NCBI GenBank assembly: GCA_963754315.1
Contig: CAVWFS010000010.1
Location: 1 to 64,000 of the forward strand
Reading direction: 5' to 3'
Origin: an uncultured Candidatus Rokubacteria bacterium
GTDB lineage: Bacteria > Methylomirabilota > Methylomirabilia > Rokubacteriales > CSP1-6
Length of the DNA: 64,000 nucleotides
The notes under the pieces were generated by a model. It saw only the letters and a program-made list of their open reading frames with translations, was not told the origin of the DNA and did not search any database. The position numbers were made by a program, and so were the translations under genes. Shown here in pieces: positions 21,539 to 31,540 of the stretch. The first letter of the stretch is position 1. Each line of letters begins with the position of its first letter.

Positions 21539-22124
21539 GTCAGCCTCCTGGCTCACGCAACTTTTCAGCGCCTCGACCCCTCCGCCGTTGCCACCGATAC
21601 AGCACGGCCAACCGGTTCTCCCTTCAGCTCAATTTGGAGACCTTCAGGCGTGTCGGAAGATCCCGCAACCGAGTCGCACGCAGTTCGGACGAAGGACAGG
21701 TACAGGGCTATCGCATTCCTGCGCTAAGAGACCATGGCGACGATGATCACATATTGCGGTCCGCCCGCGACGATGGCGATCGCCGCCAGGCCCCGCCCGC
21801 TGACCGTCAGGATGCTTCTCATGGACGCGGGGCACGCCAGCGGACGGGCCGGGCCGAGCTGGCGGTCCTGTGCGGGATTTGTGCGGTAACCGGCGCGGAT
21901 AGGACCCAACGAGCCCCGACGTGGGGGGCCCGGATCGGCCTCTCCACCTACCTTGGGAGGTCATCCACCACTCGGACCAGGTCTCATGGTATACCTCCGA
22001 TCCTCGAGGGGTTGAATGATCCGCGGGCGCCACGCTGGCGAAGGGGCCAGGACATCGTGAGCCGTCCTCGATTCAGGTCACCGAAACTGTCACCCGAGCC
22101 ACGTGACGACGCAATTGGCCGCGA

Positions 22125-22237
22125 CGTGGCTTCGGGGACTCGGGCGGACCAATCTTCCTGGACTTCACCCCGGGGCCCGCAAGGAGAAGGAGCCGCTCGT
22201 GGCCAACGTCAGCGACGGGGGCGAGGCCGAAGACTGA
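22125..22237 (+). pseudogene. Trypsin-like serine protease fragment
   Basis: RGFGDSGGPIFLD (S1 catalytic-Ser motif), then frameshifted LVANVSDGG; no His or Asp region. Confidence 0.5.
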
Positions 22238-22350
22238 CGTCGTCGGACTCCAGGGCTGGCGAAGGACAGGGAACACGACAGGCCACGTTCAAATCACCTA
22301 ATCAGCCATCGCGCATCTCACCCCGGGCGGGATGCTACCCTTGCAGTACG

Positions 22351-24387
22351 ATGGGCTGGCGGGTCGGTGTCGACGTGGGCGGCACGTTCACGGATCTCGC
22401 CGCGGTCGACGATGCGAGTGGAATGGTGTGCCTCGAGAAGGTCCCGACGACGCCCACCGACCAGTCTGTGGGCGTGGCCGCCGGACTGACGGCGTTGCTG
22501 GGGCGGCATAGCGTGTCGCCGGCGACCGTGAGCTACCTGGGGCACGGTACCACGGTCTGCATCAACGCCGTCCTCGAGCGGAAGGGCGCTCGCACCGGGC
22601 TCATCACGACGCAGGGGATGCGCGACCTGCTCGAGCTGCGGCGTCAGATTCGCGACGATCTCTATGATCTCCAAGCCGACAAGCCGGAGCCCCTCGTTCC
22701 GCGCAACCTCAGACAAGAGGTGCCGGAGCGGACGCTTGCCGACGGGCGAGTGGCAACCGCGCTCGATCTCGAGGCGGTCCGGGCGGCGCTCGTCGCACTT
22801 GTCGCCGAAGGTGTCGAGGCGCTTGCGGTCAGCTTCCTGCACTCGTACGTGAACCCTGCGCCTGAGCACGCGGTGGCCGACCTGGTGCGCCGCGAGTTCC
22901 CGGATCTCTATCTCTCGGTCTCGTCCGACGTGTTGCCGGAGTTTCGCGAGTTCGAGCGGCTGTCAACGACGGTGATGAACGCCTACGTGGGGCCGGTGAT
23001 GGCCTGCTACCTGGGGCGCTTCGGGGAGCGCGTGGCGGCCCTCGGCGTCGCCGCCCGCCCGCTCATCCTTCAGTCGAACGGCGGCGTGGCAACCGTTGAT
23101 CATGCGCGCGCGCGACCGGTTTACACGATGGCGTCCGGGCCGAGCGCCGGAGTGACCGGCGCCGCCTACCTGGCCGGCCGGGCCGGTCACGGCGCGATCA
23201 TCACGTTCGACATGGGAGGCACGAGCACCGACGTCTCCGTCGTGGAGCGGGGGACCCCGATGACCGCGGCCGAGAAGGTCTATCACGGCTACCCGGCGAA
23301 GGTGGCGATGCTCGACGTGGACTCGATCGGTGCCGGCGGTGGCAGCCTGGCCTGGATCGATCCGGGCGGCTTCCTCCGGGTAGGGCCACGCAGCGCAGGT
23401 GCCGACCCAGGCCCCGCCGCCTACGCGCGTGGCGGGGAGTCGCCCACGGTTACCGATGCGAACCTCGTATTGGGCCGGCTCGACCCCGACTACTTCCTCG
23501 GCGGGGCCATGCGCCTGGATCGAGACCGGGCCGCCCAGGCGATCGAGCGCGACGTGGCGCGGCCGCTCGGGCTCTCGGTCACCGACGCGGGGCTCGGTGT
23601 TCTCAAGGTCGTCGACGCGAGCATGGCCAGCGCCATACGTCTGGCCACGATTGAGCGCGGCCGTGATCCGCGGCACTTCACGCTCGTCGCCTTCGGCGGC
23701 GCGGGACCCATGCACGCGGCCGGGGTGGCTCGGCTACTCGGTATCCCGCGTGTGCTGGTGCCGCCGAGTCCGGGCGTGCTCTGTGCGCTCGGCCTGCTCG
23801 TCGCCGATGTGCGCACTGAGCTGAGTCGCACGGCCCTGCGTCGGACCGATCGGACCACGCCTGCCGAGCTGGCCGCGATCTTCAGAGATCTGGAGTCGCG
23901 GGCGACCGAGTGGGCGCGCCATGGCGGGCTCCCGCCGGAACGGATCACCCTCGCCCGTTCCGTCGAAATGCGCTACGCGCGCCAGAACCACGAGCTGGCC
24001 GTGGAGGTGGGCCGCCGGCTGACCCCGGCCGATCTCACACGTCGTTTCCACCGGACTCACCGGAGCGCGTTCGGCTATGCCGCGCCGGGGGAGCCGACAG
24101 AGCTGGTGACGTTCCGGGTGGCGGTGATGCTGCCCGTCGCGCGCCCGGCAATCATGCCCTCGCCGGAACCCGGTGACGCCTCCCGCGGAGTCCGCCCGGT
24201 GTACTTCGAGTCGACCAAGGGATTCATCGAGACCCCCGTGCTCGAGCGGGCTCGACTGAGGCCGGGTCTTTCGGTCAGCGGCCCCGTGGTGATCGAGCAG
24301 ATCGATTGCACGACCGTGGTCGAACCCGGCCAGACGGCGATCGTCGATGCGCACGGCAACCTTGTGATCGCTGTCGGGAAGGGATAA
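22351..24387 (+). CDS. hyuA: Hydantoinase A / oxoprolinase ATP-binding subunit
   Basis: VGVDVGGTFTD, HGTT, EFERLSTT, DMGGTSTD, GAGGGS, PTVTDA. Confidence 0.92.
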   Translation: MGWRVGVDVGGTFTDLAAVDDASGMVCLEKVPTTPTDQSVGVAAGLTALLGRHSVSPATVSYLGHGTTVCINAVLERKGARTGLITTQGMRDLLELRRQIRDDLYDLQADKPEPLVPRNLRQEVPERTLADGRVATALDLEAVRAALVALVAEGVEALAVSFLHSYVNPAPEHAVADLVRREFPDLYLSVSSDVLPEFREFERLSTTVMNAYVGPVMACYLGRFGERVAALGVAARPLILQSNGGVATVDHARARPVYTMASGPSAGVTGAAYLAGRAGHGAIITFDMGGTSTDVSVVERGTPMTAAEKVYHGYPAKVAMLDVDSIGAGGGSLAWIDPGGFLRVGPRSAGADPGPAAYARGGESPTVTDANLVLGRLDPDYFLGGAMRLDRDRAAQAIERDVARPLGLSVTDAGLGVLKVVDASMASAIRLATIERGRDPRHFTLVAFGGAGPMHAAGVARLLGIPRVLVPPSPGVLCALGLLVADVRTELSRTALRRTDRTTPAELAAIFRDLESRATEWARHGGLPPERITLARSVEMRYARQNHELAVEVGRRLTPADLTRRFHRTHRSAFGYAAPGEPTELVTFRVAVMLPVARPAIMPSPEPGDASRGVRPVYFESTKGFIETPVLERARLRPGLSVSGPVVIEQIDCTTVVEPGQTAIVDAHGNLVIAVGKG

Positions 24388-24392
24388 GCGCG

Positions 24393-26123
24393 ATGGACCT
24401 GGTGAGGGTCGAGGTCCTCCAGAAGCTGCTGCTGGCCGCCGCGGAGGAAATGGGGATCACACTGATCCGGGCTGCGTATTCGCCCAACATCAAGGAACGG
24501 CGCGACGCCTCCTGCGCCGTGTTCGACGCCGAGGGCCGCGTCATCGCCCAGGCCGCCCACATCCCCATGCACCTCAGCTCGATGGTCGACCTCCCACGCG
24601 TGCTGGTCGAGGCCTATCCGCGCCAGACGTGGCGGGCCGGCGACATGTTCATCGCCAACGATCCCTATGTGGGCGCCGGTTCCCATCTCAACGACCTCGC
24701 CATTATCGCGCCCGTCCTCACCGACGGCGCGCTGATCGGCTTCGTGGCCAACACCGCTCACCACGCCGACGTCGGCGGACGGGTGCCCGGCAGTGAGTCC
24801 GGCGACTCCACCAGCATCTTCCAGGACGGCCTGCGGTTGCCCGTGGCGCGCCTGGTCAGCCGCGGACGAATCGACGACGGCTTCTTCCGCACGATCCTGC
24901 TCAACTCCCGGACCCCCCACGAGCGGATCGGCGACCTCCGCGCTCAGATCGCCGCCAACCGTGCCGGCAGCGAGCGGCTGCGGGAGATCTGCCGAGAGCA
25001 CGGTGCCGACGCGCTGCATCAGAGCATGGCGGAGATCCTCGACGCCACCGAGCGGCGTCTGCGCGACGGCATCGTGGGACTCCCGGATGGCTGTTACGAG
25101 GCCGACGGCTTCTGCGATGACGATGGCCGCGAGGGCCGGCCCGTTCGCATTCGGGTGGCCGTCCGGATCACCGGCGATCGAGTCACGGTCGACTTCACAG
25201 GCAGCGATGCCCAGGTGGCGGGCGCCAAGAATGTTCCCACCGTCTCCCTGCTGGCCACGGTGTACTACGTGCTGAAGGCTGTGATCGATCCCGACATCCC
25301 ACCCAACGGGGGCTACTACCGCGCTATCGAGGTGGTAGCGCCGCCGGGCACCGTACTCAACCCGCTCCCGCCGGCGGCGGTGGCGGCCCGCTTCACGACG
25401 TGTCAGACGGTGGCCGACGTCGTGCTCAGCGCCTTTGCCCAGGCCGTGCCCGAGCGCGTCGTGGCCCATTGTCACGGCGGGACGCTAGCGATCTACTCTG
25501 GTATCGATCCGCGCCGCGGCGAATTCTTCGTCGACTACGAGGTGTACACCGGCGGCAGCGGCGCGCGCGCCACCAAGGACGGGATCGACGGCATCGCCAA
25601 CCATACGACCAACACCTCGAACTTGCCGATCGAGGCCCTGGAGTGCGAGTTTCCGATCCTCGTCGAGCGCTACGGCTTCGTTCCTGACTCCGGTGGACCT
25701 GGCCGGTTCCGCGGAGGTCTGGCCGTCGTCCGTGAAGTGCGGGGATTGGCGGGCGACCTTACGGTGGGAGGCTGGGGATGTAACCACCGTGAGGCTCCCC
25801 GCGGGCTGGTCGGCGGCGGGGCCGGGGTGCCCGGCGCTTTCGAGATCGTGGGGGCCGACGGTAAGGTCCGCCAAACGGCGAGGTCCACGGTCCCCGGCCT
25901 CCAGCTGAGGGCCGGCGAGACGCTCCGTGTGCGCACGTCCGGAGGCGGGGGGACGGGCGACCCGCTCGAGCGCGATGCGGCCCTCGTGCTGGCCGATGTG
26001 CGCCTCGGCAAGGTCTCGCCAACTCACGCCGAGGCGGCCTATGGTGTCGTCGTGCGCGACGGCGAGGTGGATGGCGAAGCCACGCGCCGCCTCCGGATGG
26101 ATCGCCGGGTTGCGAGAGGATAG
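24393..26123 (+). CDS. hyuB: Hydantoinase B / oxoprolinase subunit
   Basis: YSPNIKERRD, NDPY..GSHLND, HHADVGG, DSGGPGRFRGG. Confidence 0.92.
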   Translation: MDLVRVEVLQKLLLAAAEEMGITLIRAAYSPNIKERRDASCAVFDAEGRVIAQAAHIPMHLSSMVDLPRVLVEAYPRQTWRAGDMFIANDPYVGAGSHLNDLAIIAPVLTDGALIGFVANTAHHADVGGRVPGSESGDSTSIFQDGLRLPVARLVSRGRIDDGFFRTILLNSRTPHERIGDLRAQIAANRAGSERLREICREHGADALHQSMAEILDATERRLRDGIVGLPDGCYEADGFCDDDGREGRPVRIRVAVRITGDRVTVDFTGSDAQVAGAKNVPTVSLLATVYYVLKAVIDPDIPPNGGYYRAIEVVAPPGTVLNPLPPAAVAARFTTCQTVADVVLSAFAQAVPERVVAHCHGGTLAIYSGIDPRRGEFFVDYEVYTGGSGARATKDGIDGIANHTTNTSNLPIEALECEFPILVERYGFVPDSGGPGRFRGGLAVVREVRGLAGDLTVGGWGCNHREAPRGLVGGGAGVPGAFEIVGADGKVRQTARSTVPGLQLRAGETLRVRTSGGGGTGDPLERDAALVLADVRLGKVSPTHAEAAYGVVVRDGEVDGEATRRLRMDRRVARG

Positions 26124-26164
26124 CCCGGCCGCCTTTCTTCGTTCGCCCCACGCGGGACGGGACT

Positions 26165-26704
26165 ATGTCCAAGACACCTAAGGTCACGGCGCTCTTGATC
26201 GCGCTCCTCGTCGCCGCCTGCGCAAGCCCGCACCCACCGAGGTCGTTGGTCGAGGTACCGGATAAGCTCAAACCTGGCCCGAACGAATCGCTGGCGATGA
26301 TCGTTCCCGCACGGGGCGTGCAGATCTACGAATGCCGGGCCAGCAAGGATCGAGTCGGGGGACATGAATGGGTGTTCGTGGCTCCCGAGGCCGACCTCTT
26401 CGACGCGCGCGGAAACAGGATCGGCCGACACGATGCCGGCCCACATTGGGAATCGACCGATGGCAGCAAGATCTTGGGTACGGTCAAGGAACGGGCCGAC
26501 GCGCCGGTGGCCGACGCCATCCCTTGGCTGCTGCTTAGCGCGAAGTCCGTCGGCTCGGAAGGCTCGTTCAGCAAGGTCACGAGCATACAGCGCGTAAGTA
26601 CCGTGGGCGGCGTGGCGCCTAAGGCTGGGTGTTCTCAAGCCACAGCCGGAACGCCCGCCCGCATCAACTACACGGCGGACTATTACTTCTTCACCGCTAA
26701 GTAA
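26165..26704 (+). CDS. DUF3455-family lipoprotein
   Basis: Lipobox VAAC, GVQIYEC, AIPWLLL, IQRVSTVGGVAP, YTADYYF. Confidence 0.85.
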   Translation: MSKTPKVTALLIALLVAACASPHPPRSLVEVPDKLKPGPNESLAMIVPARGVQIYECRASKDRVGGHEWVFVAPEADLFDARGNRIGRHDAGPHWESTDGSKILGTVKERADAPVADAIPWLLLSAKSVGSEGSFSKVTSIQRVSTVGGVAPKAGCSQATAGTPARINYTADYYFFTAK

Positions 26705-27647
26705 GCCGGCGTGATCCCGCCGTCGAGCCCAGGCCGCGGCGGCCGTGCACGCGGAGCCAGTGGCGAGCAATGTCGTCACGACGAGCGATCCAGGCACCGC
26801 CCCGTTCGCTGATGTGCCGGAGCACCCGGTCGAGACCGGCGATCCGACCCGGTCGGCCGATGGTACGGAGATGGAGGCCGATCGTCATCATCTTCGGTAC
26901 CGTCGCCCCCTCGGCCCAGAGGCAGTCGAAGGCGTCGATGACATAGTCGGAAAAATCCTTCGCGCGCACGAAGCCGGCCTCGGGCCGCTGGAACCGCATG
27001 TCGTTCGTGTCGAGGCTGTAGGGAAGGACCACGTGCTCGCGGTCGCCGCTGTTCAGCAGGTAGGGTAGGTCGTCGTCGTAGGCGTCGCTGTCGTAGAGGA
27101 AGCCGCCTTCCTCGATGAGCAGACGTCGGGTGTTGGGCGTGTGCGGACAGCGCGTGTGCCAGCCGACCGGTCGCACACCGCAGGTCTCAGCGATCGTCTT
27201 GACGGCGCGGTGGATCCACTCTCGCTCCTCCACCTCGGTCATCCCCTTCGCACTGAGCCAGCGATAGCCATGGCACGAGATTTCAAAGCCCCGGGCGAGG
27301 GCGTCGTGGGCGAGCCAGGGGGAGAGAGCGATCGCCTCCGCGCAGGCGTTGAGGGTGCAGGTGGCGCTGTAGGCACCGAGAACACGGGCGATCCGCCAAT
27401 AGCCGGCGCGCGGGCCATAGTCGAAGTGCGATTCCATCGTGGGATTCGGCGCGCCCTCCACCGCGTCGATCATGTCATAGACGTGCTCGTTGACCAGGTC
27501 GCCCCGGAGAACCGTCTGCTCGGAGCCCTCCTCGACGTTCACCACGAGCGAGACGGCCACGCGGGCGCCGTCCGGCCAGTGGGCGTTGGGGGGATTGGCG
27601 CCGTAACCGACGAAGTTCCGATGGGGCGGGATGGTGAAGTCCGTCAT
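26697..27647 (-). CDS. puuE: PuuE-like allantoinase (polysaccharide deacetylase fold)
   Basis: WPDGARVAVSLVVNVEEGSE, DYGPRAGYWR, CHGYRW (E-H-W triad), DTNDMRF, IGRPGR; SD GGAGGT. Confidence 0.8.
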   Translation of the reverse strand: MTDFTIPPHRNFVGYGANPPNAHWPDGARVAVSLVVNVEEGSEQTVLRGDLVNEHVYDMIDAVEGAPNPTMESHFDYGPRAGYWRIARVLGAYSATCTLNACAEAIALSPWLAHDALARGFEISCHGYRWLSAKGMTEVEEREWIHRAVKTIAETCGVRPVGWHTRCPHTPNTRRLLIEEGGFLYDSDAYDDDLPYLLNSGDREHVVLPYSLDTNDMRFQRPEAGFVRAKDFSDYVIDAFDCLWAEGATVPKMMTIGLHLRTIGRPGRIAGLDRVLRHISERGGAWIARRDDIARHWLRVHGRRGLGSTAGSRRLT

Positions 27648-27686
27648 GTCGCACCTCCGGCGGGCCGATGAGCGCAGCCTTATCGA

Positions 27687-27754
27687 GGGGCGCCCCGGCT
27701 TTGCCGGGGTGCCCCGAGCGTGTGGGGGCTTGGGGGCCATGTCGGGGCCCCCAA
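27687..27754. repeat. REP-like double hairpin
   Basis: GGGGCGCCCCGGC-TTT-GCCGGGGTGCCCC followed by TTGGGGGCC-N7-GGCCCCCAA. Confidence 0.6.
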
Positions 27755-27756
27755 CA

Positions 27757-29061
27757 TCATCGGTTCAGCATCCGGTTGGGCAGGTAGGTGACCAGATCGG
27801 GAACGACGATGATGATGGCAATGCCGATGAGAAGAAGGAAGAAGAACGGCAGCGCGGCCCGCGACACGTAGGTCAGGCTACGGCCCGTCATCATCTGCAT
27901 GATGAACATCGGAAAGCCCACCGGCGGGGTCAGTTCGGCCACCTGCACCAGCAGCACGATAAAGATGCCGAACCAGACCGGATCGACCCCCGCCTGTCGG
28001 ATCATCGGCTGCACGACCGACGAGGTGAGGACGACCATAGAGATGCCGTCGAGGGCGAAGCCGAGGAGGACGTAGAGGACCGTGAGGGCGGCGAGAAGCC
28101 CATACACCGACAACTGGTACGACGTGATCCACCCGGCGGCCGCCCGCGGAATTCCCGTGTAGCCCAGGGCGATGGTCAAGAACGAGGCTCCGGCGAGGAT
28201 GAAGGCGATCATGCACGAGGTCTGGGTAGCGCCGACCAAGCTCTCAACGAAGTTCGACCAGGTAAGCGAGCCATAGAGGAGCGACAGCCCGAGGGCCCCC
28301 AGCACGCCGATGGTCGCCGCCTCGGTCGGTGTGGCGACCCCCCCATAGATCGTCCCCACCACGAGCGCGATGAGGCAGCCGACCGGAATGAGGCGCCGTG
28401 ATGCCCACACGCGCTCGCCGAAGGTCATGGAGATGTCGCTGGGCGGCGTCTTGGTCGGGTTGAGCAGCGCCCAGAGGATGACGTAGGCCATGAAGAGGAT
28501 GACCATCATGATCCCGGGCACCACGCCGGCGATGAAGAGCCGGGCGATCGAGACCTCGGCGATGAAGCCATAGACGATCATCATGATGGACGGCGGGATC
28601 AGGATGCCGAGCGTCCCCGACGCGGTGAGGGTGCCCACGGCCATCCGCTCGTCGTATCCGCGGCGCATCAGCTCGGGCAGGGCGATCTTCGCGATCGTCG
28701 CGCACGTCGCCGACGTGGACCCGGACACAGCGGCGAAGATACCGCAGCCAACGACGTTAACGTGCATGAGGCGACCGGGCAGCCGGGTCAGCCAGGGGGC
28801 GAGGCCCTGGAACATGTCGTCGGAGAGGCGAGTGCGGAAGAGGATCTCCGCCATCCAGATGAAGAGCGGCAACGCGGTGAGAGCCCAGTTCCCGCTCGCC
28901 CCCCACACCGTGGTCGCCATCACGGTGCCGGCTGGGGCCGACGTGAACAACACCATCCCGGCCAGCCCGACACCCAGGAGCGAGAAGGCGACCCACAGAC
29001 CGGCAGCGAGCAGCACAGTCATCACGACCAGCAGCACCAGGGTGACCAGCGTCAGGTCCAC
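27757..29061 (-). CDS. dctM: TRAP transporter large permease
   Basis: ALPLFI, GTLGILIPPS, ATPTEAA, LTPPVG. Confidence 0.95.
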   Translation of the reverse strand: MDLTLVTLVLLVVMTVLLAAGLWVAFSLLGVGLAGMVLFTSAPAGTVMATTVWGASGNWALTALPLFIWMAEILFRTRLSDDMFQGLAPWLTRLPGRLMHVNVVGCGIFAAVSGSTSATCATIAKIALPELMRRGYDERMAVGTLTASGTLGILIPPSIMMIVYGFIAEVSIARLFIAGVVPGIMMVILFMAYVILWALLNPTKTPPSDISMTFGERVWASRRLIPVGCLIALVVGTIYGGVATPTEAATIGVLGALGLSLLYGSLTWSNFVESLVGATQTSCMIAFILAGASFLTIALGYTGIPRAAAGWITSYQLSVYGLLAALTVLYVLLGFALDGISMVVLTSSVVQPMIRQAGVDPVWFGIFIVLLVQVAELTPPVGFPMFIMQMMTGRSLTYVSRAALPFFFLLLIGIAIIIVVPDLVTYLPNRMLNR

Positions 29062-29066
29062 GACCC

Positions 29067-29597
29067 TCAGCCTTCCCGGGTGATCGGCGCCGCGGCCGGG
29101 TCAGTCGCGGCGCGCTCGTAGCTGGCCCGGCCGCCCCGGAGAACGACGATGAGATCATCCACGAACGCCACGAACAGGACGACGGTCCCCAGAGCCATCA
29201 CCGCCTGCGGGATCCAGAGCGGGACAGATAAAATGCCCTGCGATCGCTCCCCGAACCGGTAGGCGTCCCGTGCCATCTCGATGACGTGATAGGCGAAATA
29301 GCCCGTGACGACAACGCCGAACCCGAGGCAGCCAGACTCGAGAAGGAGCCGCCGCCGGGGGCCGGCCCCGCGGATGAGGAGTGTCAGGCGAATGTGTCCG
29401 TTGGCCCGAAGGGTGTGGGCGAGGGCCAGGAACGACGACGCCGTCAGCGCGTAGCCGGCAAGATCGTCAGCACCCGGGACAAGGACGCCGGCCAGCCGCC
29501 CACCGACCTGGGCGACGACCAGGACGGCGATCGCGAAGATGCAGAACGCGGCTAGCGCGCCGCAGGCGCGGTAGCCGCCATCGAGCAGGCGTCTCAC
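29067..29597 (-). CDS. dctQ: TRAP transporter small permease
   Basis: Four TM segments, GHIRL motif, lies between dctP and dctM. Confidence 0.92.
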   Translation of the reverse strand: MRRLLDGGYRACGALAAFCIFAIAVLVVAQVGGRLAGVLVPGADDLAGYALTASSFLALAHTLRANGHIRLTLLIRGAGPRRRLLLESGCLGFGVVVTGYFAYHVIEMARDAYRFGERSQGILSVPLWIPQAVMALGTVVLFVAFVDDLIVVLRGGRASYERAATDPAAAPITREG

Positions 29598-29607
29598 GCG
29601 AGCCTGG

Positions 29608-30573
29608 TCACTCGCGGAACTTCCGGATCGCGGCCTGCCCGGTCTCGCCCGCCTTCTTCAGCCATTCCTCGGTGAGGGTGGCACCGACCTTCTGCAGTTC
29701 CCCGCGGAACTGGGGGGACGGCTCGGTCAGCGTCATGCCCTTGTCCTTGAGGATCTGCACGTGCTTGGTGGTCACCTCCTCGCTCAACTTCCAGCCGCGC
29801 GCCTCGGCCTTGGCCGCGGCCTCCAGCACGGCCTTCTGGGCTTCGGGCGACAGGCGCTTGAAAGCCGCGTCGTTGACGATCACCACGTTCATGCTGTGGT
29901 TGCCACCGACCATGGTGACGTACCGGGTGAAGTCCCAGGCCTGGCTGTCGATGCCCGTCTGAGCGGAGGTGTACATCATCCCGACCAGCCCCGTGGAGAA
30001 GGCCTGGGGTACCTCGGGTGCCGGCACCGTGGCCGGAATGGCGCCCATCAGCTCCGCCATGCGCGCGGTGACCGCGTTGTAGGCACGGGCCTTTACGCCC
30101 TTGACATCGGCGACGGAGTTCACGGGTGTCTTGGTGTAGAAAGCCTGGGGGGGCCAGGGCACGCCATACAGCAACCGAATCCCCTGCTTGCCGAGCCGCT
30201 CCGCGATGATCGGCCGTGTGACATCCCACAGCTTCTGGGCCTTCCGATAGTCGTCGGCGAGGAACGGAATCGAGCTGACCTCGTAGAACGGATCCTCGTT
30301 GCCGAATTGCACGAGCAGGATCTCCCCGATCGGCACCTGCCGGCTCTGGACGGCCCGCTTGATATCGGCCAACTTGAACAGCGCCTGGTTGCTATGCAGC
30401 ACGATGTCCAGCTCTCCGCGGGTTGCCTGCTTCACGTCTTGCGCGAACTGGTTGAGGTTCTGGGTGTGGAAGTTGGAGTCGGGATAACCGGACGCCATAT
30501 CCCACTTTTCGGCAGCAGACGAACTCGTAATCCCCAGGAACAGTGCGGCGGCGATCACGAACAGGGTCTGCAT
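29608..30573 (-). CDS. dctP: TRAP substrate-binding protein
   Basis: Signal peptide, WDMASGYPDSNFHT, DVKGVKARAYN. Confidence 0.93.
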   Translation of the reverse strand: MQTLFVIAAALFLGITSSSAAEKWDMASGYPDSNFHTQNLNQFAQDVKQATRGELDIVLHSNQALFKLADIKRAVQSRQVPIGEILLVQFGNEDPFYEVSSIPFLADDYRKAQKLWDVTRPIIAERLGKQGIRLLYGVPWPPQAFYTKTPVNSVADVKGVKARAYNAVTARMAELMGAIPATVPAPEVPQAFSTGLVGMMYTSAQTGIDSQAWDFTRYVTMVGGNHSMNVVIVNDAAFKRLSPEAQKAVLEAAAKAEARGWKLSEEVTTKHVQILKDKGMTLTEPSPQFRGELQKVGATLTEEWLKKAGETGQAAIRKFRE

Positions 30574-30610
30574 ATCGTCCTCCTTTTGTTGCCAGCGCCT
30601 CGACTGGCAG

Positions 30611-31465
30611 TCAAGCGGGCCGGCGTGTGAGCTTCGTCACCTGGGTGAGGTTGACCTCGGCCAGGTAGAGGTCGCCACGGGAGTTTCCCCACACCCCGTG
30701 GCCACCATAGGCCGACGGCCGGCCACGGGCGAGCATCTGTCCGTCGGGGGCATACATCGTGATCCGGGGAATCTGGTCGGTGATGTAAACCGTCCCGCTC
30801 CGGTCGACGTAAATGTCCATGGGATGGTAGAGATCACCCCACTCTCCATACACGTCCCCCTCGGGGCTGAAGAGCTGCACCCGGTTGTTCTCGCGATCGG
30901 CGACCAGCACGCGTTCGGCGGCGTCCACCCAAATCCCGTGGGGCGTGGTGAACTGTCCACGTCCGGCCCCCGGAGTTCCCCAGGAACCCAGGTGCCGGCC
31001 CTCCGCAGAAAACCGGTGCACGGCCGAGTTGCCGTACCCATCGGCGACGTAGATGTCGCCGTTGGGCGCCACGGCGACGTCCGCGGGGTGGTTGAACGGA
31101 GCCTGGAGCGCGGGGCGTCCTCGGTGTCCGAGCGTCAGCACGATACGGCCGTCGGCGGTGAGCTTCAGCACTTCGTGCTCGTCCCGGTTGCACACATAGA
31201 GGTGGTCGTCCGGACCAATGTAGATCCCGTGCGCGTCACGCAGGCGCCCGTCGCCCCAGCCGCCGAGAAAGTTGCCGTCGCCGTCGAAGATAATGATCGG
31301 CGGATCCTTCCGCTGATAGAAGTACACCCGGTCCTGGGAGTCGACGGCCACGTGGCTGATCAGACCGAAACTGTGGCCGGCCGGCAGGAGACCCCACGGC
31401 CGCACCACGTCGTACACGTACGTCCCGGTGCCGACCACAAGATTCGGGACGTTGCTCACGGTCAT
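30611..31465 (-). CDS. NHL-repeat protein of the peptidyl-alpha-hydroxyglycine alpha-amidating lyase (PAL) family, no signal peptide
   Basis: DAHGI, PADVAV, ADGYGNS, TPHGI, ADRENNR, GHGV. Confidence 0.85.
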   Translation of the reverse strand: MTVSNVPNLVVGTGTYVYDVVRPWGLLPAGHSFGLISHVAVDSQDRVYFYQRKDPPIIIFDGDGNFLGGWGDGRLRDAHGIYIGPDDHLYVCNRDEHEVLKLTADGRIVLTLGHRGRPALQAPFNHPADVAVAPNGDIYVADGYGNSAVHRFSAEGRHLGSWGTPGAGRGQFTTPHGIWVDAAERVLVADRENNRVQLFSPEGDVYGEWGDLYHPMDIYVDRSGTVYITDQIPRITMYAPDGQMLARGRPSAYGGHGVWGNSRGDLYLAEVNLTQVTKLTRRPA

Positions 31466-31540
31466 GAGGGCGCCTCCCGGGCGGCGAGGTGCGCGTAGCC
31501 TAGCGCCCGGAAGAGGCACCGGTCAAGGTACCATTGGCGG

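Noticed and set aside
21634..22350. 240-aa N-terminal extension of HyuA
   Set aside because: Low-complexity Arg-rich open frame; family homology begins at MGWRVGVDVGGT (22351).
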